DNA of 64,000 nucleotides from an uncultured Chloroflexia bacterium (GTDB taxonomy: Bacteria; Chloroflexota; Limnocylindria; Limnocylindrales; CSP1-4): contig CAVVCZ010000004.1 of the NCBI GenBank assembly GCA_963746845.1, forward strand, positions 416,001-480,000, read 5' to 3'. This document shows, piece by piece, positions 57,684-64,000 of the stretch. The stretch's first letter is position 1, and every line of letters starts with the position of its first letter. The position numbers and the translations under genes are program-made. A model generated the notes under the pieces. That model was not told the origin of the DNA, did no database searches, and saw nothing but the letters and a program-made list of their open reading frames with translations.

Positions 57684-58058
57684 ATGGAAGCGCGCGACCG
57701 CCTGACGAACCTCGCGTTCTTCGCGGCGGCCGGCGTCGTCTGGATCCTCGTCGCCCTCGTGATCACGAACCGGGACCCGAAGGTGGACCCCGCCGCCGGG
57801 TTCGTCGGCGCCCTGCTGATCGGGCTGGCGCTCGGTCTCACGACCGTGCCACTCTTCTGGCTCGCCGTGTTCGGCCGTCACCGACGGATCGCCTATCGCG
57901 GCGACTGGACGCGCGCGTTCCGACGCGGCGTGTGGGTGGCGATCGTCGCGACCGTGTTCGTCATCCTCCGGCTGCAAGGGGTGTTCCAGCCGCCGATCGC
58001 CCTGTTCATCCTCGCGCTCGTGATCCTCGCCGAGGCCACACTGTCGGTCGAGCGCTGA
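57684..58058 (+). CDS. Hypothetical four-TM membrane protein
   Basis: Hydrophobic ORF with host codon bias; TAGACT upstream. Confidence 0.75.
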   Translation: MEARDRLTNLAFFAAAGVVWILVALVITNRDPKVDPAAGFVGALLIGLALGLTTVPLFWLAVFGRHRRIAYRGDWTRAFRRGVWVAIVATVFVILRLQGVFQPPIALFILALVILAEATLSVER

Positions 58059-58112
58059 CCTGCCCGCGGCCCCGACCGACCCCACCAGCTCCGGACCCTG
58101 ACAGGAGGCCCA

Positions 58113-59336
58113 GTGACGTCATCCATCGATCTCGCGAGCCTCGAGCCCGCCGGACCGCACGCCGAGGCGAAGCGTCGAATCGCGGCCGCCGTCCTCGCCG
58201 CCGCCGATGAGGTCGTCGGCCTGTCCCACCGGATCCACGCCAACCCGGAGCCCGCGTTCGAGGAGCGCCAGGCCGCGACGTGGATCGCGGAGTCGCTGCG
58301 CGGACATGGCTTCGTCGTGAAGCACCCGGCCGGCTCGCTGGCGACGGCGATCCGCGCGACGAAGGCCGGTGGACGCGGCGGCGACGGTCCGCGGATCGCG
58401 ATCCTGGCCGAGTACGACGCCCTGCCGGGACTCGGCCATGGCTGCGGCCACAACACGATGGCAGCAAGCGGCGTCGGCGCGGCGATCGCCCTCGCCAGCC
58501 TCGCCGGTGAGCTGCCGGGCGAGATCGTCTTCCTCGGGACGCCGGCCGAGGAACAGGGCAGTGGCAAGCAGATCATGATCGACGACGGCCTGTTCGCCGG
58601 CATTGACGCCGCCCTGATGTACCACCCGTGCGACCGGAGCCATGTCGCGTCGTTGCCGCTCGCCTCGGAGGACGTCAACGTCGTGTTCCACGGGCTCCAG
58701 GCGCACGCCGCGTCCGACCCGTGGCGCGGTCGGAACGCCCTCGACGCGATGATCCTGCTCTTCAGCTCGGTCGGGCTGTGGCGGCAGCAGCTCCACACGG
58801 ACGCGCGCGTCCACGGGATCATCCAGGAGGGCGGCACCGCGGCCAACATCATCCCGGACCGGACCCGAGCGTCGTTCATGTTGCGGAGCCCGGACCAGCG
58901 CTCGTACGAGGAGATGAAGACCCGGTTCCGGTCGCTGGTCGAGGCTGCGGCGCTCGCGACCGACACGACCTTCGATCTCACGTTCAGCGGCGGGTCGATG
59001 ACGATGAAGGCGAACCCGACGCTCGAGGCCCGCTGGGTCGAGAACGCGGCCGCCTACGGCGTCCTGGACCAGGGCCCCGATCCGAGCTCCGGGAGCACCG
59101 ATATGGGCAACGTCAGCTGGATCTGCCCGACGATCCATCCAGAGCTGTCGATCGCGCCCGAGGGCACGCCCGCCCACTCGGTCCTGTTCCGTGACGCGGC
59201 CGCGACGCCGGTCGCGGATCGGACGACGCTGCTGGCCGCGATCCTGGTCGCCCAGACCGCGTTCGAGCTGTTCGCGGACCCGGACCTGCTCGCGGCCGCG
59301 TGGCGGGACTTCCGCGCCGGGCCCGCCTCCCGCTGA
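58113..59336 (+). CDS. M20 family amidohydrolase (PM20D2/AbgB-like)
   Basis: HANPE, EYDALP, HGCGHN, GTPAEE, GSTDMGNVS; AGGAGG RBS. Confidence 0.93.
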   Translation: MTSSIDLASLEPAGPHAEAKRRIAAAVLAAADEVVGLSHRIHANPEPAFEERQAATWIAESLRGHGFVVKHPAGSLATAIRATKAGGRGGDGPRIAILAEYDALPGLGHGCGHNTMAASGVGAAIALASLAGELPGEIVFLGTPAEEQGSGKQIMIDDGLFAGIDAALMYHPCDRSHVASLPLASEDVNVVFHGLQAHAASDPWRGRNALDAMILLFSSVGLWRQQLHTDARVHGIIQEGGTAANIIPDRTRASFMLRSPDQRSYEEMKTRFRSLVEAAALATDTTFDLTFSGGSMTMKANPTLEARWVENAAAYGVLDQGPDPSSGSTDMGNVSWICPTIHPELSIAPEGTPAHSVLFRDAAATPVADRTTLLAAILVAQTAFELFADPDLLAAAWRDFRAGPASR

Positions 59337-59390
59337 GGCCGGCCGATCGCCCCAGGCGTCGGGCGGGCCCGTGTCGGGGCCGTGCCCCGG

Positions 59391-60698
59391 TCAGGGCTTC
59401 GCGGTCGCCGAGATCCGGTACACGGCTCCGCCGCCGAGGTCGGTGACGTACAGCTCGCCGGCCTCGTCCCGGCCGAACGAGCTGATCGTGATCTTCGGGC
59501 TCGTGCCGGCGTCCTTGAGGAGCCGGGGCGCGGTCGGCGTGGACGCCGTCGCGGAGACCGCCCAGATCCGGCCCGAGCAGAAGTCCCCGAAGAGGTAGCC
59601 GCCGACGAGCACCGGCGACGCCGATCCGCGATAGACGTATCCGCCGGTCACGGAGCAGTTGTCCGTGCCGCTGACCGAGTGGCCGTAGACCGCGAGTGGC
59701 ACCTGCTTGCCGCTCGTGGAGCAGCCGCTCGATGGCTTGAAGCAGGCCCGGCCCTCCATCACGGACCAGCCGTAGTTCGCCGCCCGGCCGGCCGGCGTGC
59801 TGCCCGAGACCAGCGACCGGTCGATCTCCTCCCAGCGATTCTGACCGACGTCGCCGATCCAGAGCGCCTTCGTGGCCGGATCGAACGACCAGCGCCACGG
59901 GTTCCGGAGACCCCGCGACCAGATCAGGTCGTTCCCGGTCCGGCCGACGTACGGGTTGTTGTCGGGGACGGTGTAGTGCCGGGTCCGCGTCCCGTGATGG
60001 ACGTCGATCCGGAGCATCTTGCCGAGCAGGGAGTTGACGTTCTGGGCCCGGTTCCCCGGGTCGCCGCCGCTGCCGCCGTCGCCCATCCCGATGTACAGGT
60101 AGCCGTCCGGCCCGAACTCGATGTTCCCGCCGTTGTGGTTCGCGTACGGCTGGCCGATCGTGAGGATCCGGACGCCAGACGACCGATCGGCGACGTTCGG
60201 GTTCGACCCGATCGTGTACCGGCTGATCGCGGTGTTGCCGCTGCGGTCCGTGAAGTTCACGTAGATGTACGGCGCCGCCGGGAACTGCGGATCGAACGTG
60301 AGCCCGAGCAGCCCGCGCTCGCCACCGGTCGAGATGGCACCGCGCAGGTCGAGCAGCGGGGTCGCGAGGACGGACCCGCCCTGGATCACCCGAATCCGCC
60401 CGGCCTGCTCGACGACGAACAGGCGACCGCTGCCGTCATGGGCGTTCGTCACGAGCAGAGGCGAGACGAAGCCGCTCCTGACCAGCGTGAGCGACAGCGC
60501 GACCTTCGTCGGATCGAAGGCGTCGGATGTGGAGGGGACCGCGGTCGCCGGCTGGCGGGTGGAGACCGGGTCGAGGGCGCCCGTGAGCGGCGACCTCGAC
60601 ATGCTCGTGGCGTGCACGGCCGTCAGGACGAGCGACGCGAGGACCGCGGCGATCGAGACGGCGAGGACGGACGGAAGGAGGCGGCTGGACGTTCGCAT
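59391..60698 (-). CDS. Secreted PQQ-dependent glucose/sorbosone dehydrogenase family protein
   Basis: Signal peptide, GERGLLG, NHNGG, FGPDGYLY, GLRNPWR, GGYVYRG, SSFG. Confidence 0.9.
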   Translation of the reverse strand: MRTSSRLLPSVLAVSIAAVLASLVLTAVHATSMSRSPLTGALDPVSTRQPATAVPSTSDAFDPTKVALSLTLVRSGFVSPLLVTNAHDGSGRLFVVEQAGRIRVIQGGSVLATPLLDLRGAISTGGERGLLGLTFDPQFPAAPYIYVNFTDRSGNTAISRYTIGSNPNVADRSSGVRILTIGQPYANHNGGNIEFGPDGYLYIGMGDGGSGGDPGNRAQNVNSLLGKMLRIDVHHGTRTRHYTVPDNNPYVGRTGNDLIWSRGLRNPWRWSFDPATKALWIGDVGQNRWEEIDRSLVSGSTPAGRAANYGWSVMEGRACFKPSSGCSTSGKQVPLAVYGHSVSGTDNCSVTGGYVYRGSASPVLVGGYLFGDFCSGRIWAVSATASTPTAPRLLKDAGTSPKITISSFGRDEAGELYVTDLGGGAVYRISATAKP

Positions 60699-60917
60699 CG
60701 GGGGCGTCCTCCGGCGGGGGGTCGGGCCGGCTGGGGGTGCCGCCCGGTCGGGCGCATGGTCCCACGACACGGCGTCCGGCGCCCGCGAGGCCGGTGCTAG
60801 GATGGCCGAGGCGCGCCCCGCTGGACGCTCGTGGCGAACCGGCGGCGCCCCGTGCGAGGCGACGGCGAACGGGCCGCATCCCCTGGGAGCGGCGTGCCGG
60901 CGTCTCCGGAGGTGCAT

Positions 60918-62015
60918 GTGGCCGAGCGCCCGGACGCCCCCCGACCGGATCAGGGCGACCCCACGGACGGACCGTCCGACGTCGACTTTGCCCGGCTGAA
61001 CGGCTGGGACCGCGACTGGGAGGTCTTCACCGACTACGACCTGCCGACCTACGTCGGCCCGACGACGTTCATGAACCTGCCCTGGATCACGGATCCCGCG
61101 GAGCTCCGGGCACGGAACGTGGACGTCGCGATCATCGGCGCCCCGTTCGACGACGCCGTGAGCCACCGGCCCGGCGCCCGGTTCGGCCCCCGGGCGATCC
61201 GCGAGGCCCAGTACACGACCGGCTCGATCCACTCCCTGCAGCTCGGGAACGAGCCGTTCGAGGTCCTCACGGTCGTCGACGCCGGTGACGCGAACATCGT
61301 CCCGTCCTGGATCGAGCGCGCCCACGCGCTGATCCACCGCAAGGTCCGCGAGGTCGCGAGCACCGGGGCGATCCCGATCGTCCTCGGGGGCGACCACTCG
61401 ATCACCTGGCCGAGCGCGACCGCGGTCGCCGAGGTCCGCCGTCCCGGCTCGATCGGGATCGTCCACTTCGACGCCCACGCGGACACGGCCAACGACGACT
61501 GGGGCGTCCTCGCCGGGCACGGGACGCCGATGCGGCGTCTGATCGAGTCCGGAGCGGTCGATGGCCGAAACTTCGTCCAGGTCGGGCTGCGCGGCTACTG
61601 GCCGCCGGTCGAGACGTTCCGCTGGATGCAGGAGCACGGCCTGCGCTACCACTTCATGACCGAGGTCGAGGAGCGCGGAGCCGAGGCCGTCATTGACGAC
61701 GCGATCGCGGAAGCCCTCGATGGCCCGGATTCGATCTATCTCAGCATCGACATCGACGTCGTCGATCCCGGGCTGGCGCCGGGCACGGGAACGCCGGAGC
61801 CGGGTGGCTTCCTCAGCCGCGAGCTGCTCCGGGCGATCCGGCGGATCGTGGGCCGCGTCGAGCTCGCCGGGATGGACATCGTCGAGGTCTCGCCGCCGTA
61901 CGACCACGCGGAGACGACGTCGATGATCGCGAACCGCTGCGCGCTCGAGGCCATCAGCGCGCTCGCGGCCAAGCGACAGGCCGGCGCGTCCGTCCGCTGG
62001 GAGGGGCATGCCTGA
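60918..62015 (+). CDS. Agmatinase/ureohydrolase family protein
   Basis: RPGARFGP, GGDHS, DAHAD, DIDVVDP...PGTGTP; GGAGG before GTG 60918. Confidence 0.92.
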   Translation: MAERPDAPRPDQGDPTDGPSDVDFARLNGWDRDWEVFTDYDLPTYVGPTTFMNLPWITDPAELRARNVDVAIIGAPFDDAVSHRPGARFGPRAIREAQYTTGSIHSLQLGNEPFEVLTVVDAGDANIVPSWIERAHALIHRKVREVASTGAIPIVLGGDHSITWPSATAVAEVRRPGSIGIVHFDAHADTANDDWGVLAGHGTPMRRLIESGAVDGRNFVQVGLRGYWPPVETFRWMQEHGLRYHFMTEVEERGAEAVIDDAIAEALDGPDSIYLSIDIDVVDPGLAPGTGTPEPGGFLSRELLRAIRRIVGRVELAGMDIVEVSPPYDHAETTSMIANRCALEAISALAAKRQAGASVRWEGHA

Positions 62016-62793
62016 GCCGACGGCCGAGGCCCGCGCCCTGGCCCGCCTGTACGACCTCGACCTCCTCGAGGACCCGGGCGACCTCGACCTCTACCTGGCC
62101 CTGGCCCAGCGGACCGGCGGGCCGATCCTCGAGCTCGGGGGAGGCACGGGCCGGCTCGCGGTCCCCCTCGCCGAGGCCGGCCACGACGTGACGCTGGTCG
62201 ACCTGGACCCGGCGATGCTCGAACGGGCCGCCCGCCGCGTCGCGGCGATGCCCGCGACCGGGAGCGGCCGGATCGAGCTCGTCGAGGGGGACCTGCTCGA
62301 CCTCCGGCTCGACGGCGGAGCGACGTTCGCGCTCGCCTTCATCGCCCTGAACACGCTGTTCCTGCTCGCGACGCGCGATCGGCAGCGGACCGCGCTGCGT
62401 CGGCTCGCGGAGCATCTCGCCCCGGGTGGTCTCGCGGTCGTCGACATCTGGCTGCCCGAGACCGACGATCTCGCCCGGTTCGACGGCCGGCTGATCCTCG
62501 AGTACGAGCGGGACGACCCCGAGACGGGTCTCCTCGTCACGAAGGTCGCGGCAGCGCGCCACGACGGGACGAGCGCCATCGTGGATCTGACATCCGTCTT
62601 CGAGGAGGGCCGGCCGGGCGAGCCGACGGTCCGCTGGGTCCGGCGCGACGCGCTCCGGCTCGTCGGCGCCGAGGAGCTGCGGGTGATGGCCGAGGACGCC
62701 GGGCTCACGATCGAGATCGTGGCCGGGAGCTACGACCTCGAGCCGCTCCGGCCGGGCAGCGATCGGGCCATCCTCGTCGCGCGGATGGGCTGA
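62008..62793 (+). CDS. Class I SAM-dependent methyltransferase
   Basis: ILELGGGTGR, VDLDPAML, HLAPGG. Confidence 0.9.
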   Translation: MPEPTAEARALARLYDLDLLEDPGDLDLYLALAQRTGGPILELGGGTGRLAVPLAEAGHDVTLVDLDPAMLERAARRVAAMPATGSGRIELVEGDLLDLRLDGGATFALAFIALNTLFLLATRDRQRTALRRLAEHLAPGGLAVVDIWLPETDDLARFDGRLILEYERDDPETGLLVTKVAAARHDGTSAIVDLTSVFEEGRPGEPTVRWVRRDALRLVGAEELRVMAEDAGLTIEIVAGSYDLEPLRPGSDRAILVARMG

Positions 62794-62895
62794 TGGACAC
62801 CCCGGGACGGGTCCATCTCATCGTCGTGTGGGCCATTTCGCCCGGGACTTCCGGGTCCCATGCCCGGTCCGATCGGCTTGCTACACTCGGCACCG

Positions 62896-64000
62896 ATGCC
62901 ATCCAGTGACCAGACGCGCCTCCTCCTCGTCGAGGATGTTCCCCAGGTGGCGCAGTACATCCGCGGGCTGCTCAACGCCCAGAACAGCGTCAAGCTGCTG
63001 GACGTCCTGAGCGACGGCAGCAAGGTCCTGCCCCAGATCCAGCAGCTGCGGCCGGACATCGTCCTCGTCGACGCCCTGCTCCAGGGCCGGGTGAAGGGCC
63101 TCCAGCTCGCCCATCAGATCGCGGAGTCCGGCCTGGGCGTGCCGTGCATCGTCCTCACGGTGCCCCAGAACCCGGTCGAGGTCGACGCGGCGGCGGGCGT
63201 CCACGGCGTGCTGGCGATGCCGTTCTCCGGGTTCGACCTGATGAACCGGATCGCGTCGGTCCGGAAGGACTTCGCGAAGCTCTCGACGACCGGCTCGTCG
63301 CGGATCTACTCGGTGTTCGCTCCGAAGGGCGGCGTCGGGAAGACGACGATCGCGTTCAACCTCGCGGTCGCCCTGGCCCAGGCCGACCAGCGGACGGTCC
63401 TGATCGACGGCAGCCTCCAGTTCGGCGACCTGCGCGCGCTCCTGAAGGTCCCGAACGACGCGCCGTCCATCCTCGACCTGCCGACCGACCGAGTCCAGGA
63501 GTCGGACCTCGCCGACGTCCTGTGGCGCGACCCGTCGGGGATCGACATCCTGCTCGCCCCACCGCGCGTCGAGATGGCCGAGATGGTCACTCCGCGGGAC
63601 ATCGACAAGATCATGTCGCTGCTCCGCCGGGTTTACGGCTCGATCGTGATCGACATGTCGTCCGCGCTGAACGACATCAACCTCGCGTTCCTGGACCTGT
63701 CGGACACGATCGTCGAGATCGTCACCTACGACTCCACGACGATCCACAACACGATGGCCGTCGCCGATGCGTTCCGGATGATCGGCTACCCCGCGTCCAA
63801 GGTCCGCTACCTCGTCAATCGGTCCGACTCGTCGGGCGGGATCGAGCCGGGCGACCTCGAGGCCGCGCTTGGGCGCGTCCCGGAGCACCGCGTCGTCAGT
63901 GACGGGATGCTGGTGGTCACGTCGAACAACGAGGGCGTCCCGTTCGTGCTCGCCGACCCGTCCGCGCCGATCAGCGTCGACGTCAACCGGGTCGCCGGGG
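62896..64000 (+). CDS. Receiver domain + MinD/ParA-type ATPase (CpaE/TadZ-like), runs off window end; absent from ORF track
   Basis: Hand translation: MPSSDQTRLLLVED...PDIVLVD, then FAPKGGVGKTTIAFNLA...LIDGSLQFGD. Confidence 0.88.
   Translation, partial: MPSSDQTRLLLVEDVPQVAQYIRGLLNAQNSVKLLDVLSDGSKVLPQIQQLRPDIVLVDALLQGRVKGLQLAHQIAESGLGVPCIVLTVPQNPVEVDAAAGVHGVLAMPFSGFDLMNRIASVRKDFAKLSTTGSSRIYSVFAPKGGVGKTTIAFNLAVALAQADQRTVLIDGSLQFGDLRALLKVPNDAPSILDLPTDRVQESDLADVLWRDPSGIDILLAPPRVEMAEMVTPRDIDKIMSLLRRVYGSIVIDMSSALNDINLAFLDLSDTIVEIVTYDSTTIHNTMAVADAFRMIGYPASKVRYLVNRSDSSGGIEPGDLEAALGRVPEHRVVSDGMLVVTSNNEGVPFVLADPSAPISVDVNRVAG

Overview
Very GC-rich bacterial chromosomal window, almost fully coding, with about 50 real genes. 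Most long ORFs in the track are antisense or off-frame shadows. Gene content (T-box valS, fhaA-fhaB-rodA-pbpA, DUF4446, lipoprotein sugar-binding proteins, REC-CpaE) suggests a monoderm Terrabacteria organism, most likely Chloroflexota (Limnocylindria-like); this is inference. In order: clpX; an XRE-HTH/nuclease-like gene; T-box-controlled valS; a sugar ABC/GH38/GH13 cluster; a Zn-ribbon/BldC-like/YihY cluster; fhaA-fhaB-rodA-pbpA; MoxR-DUF58-transglutaminase; a class-V aminotransferase/serA/histidine-phosphatase serine operon; a C39-like peptidase and murJ; an actinobacterial-type LacI/GH13/ABC operon; a K+ channel, SDR, aldehyde dehydrogenase and HD protein; rarA; a GGDEF/HD-GYP protein; a UvrD helicase-nuclease; M20, PQQ-type sugar dehydrogenase, ureohydrolase, methyltransferase; and a truncated REC-CpaE gene. 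I see no rRNA, tRNA, CRISPR array or transposase, and no unambiguous new system. Best leads: the XRE-nuclease cassette, a BldC-like protein with a clamp-binding-like tail, probable CTG/ATC starts, a SerB-free serine pathway, and two adjacent frameshifted genes.
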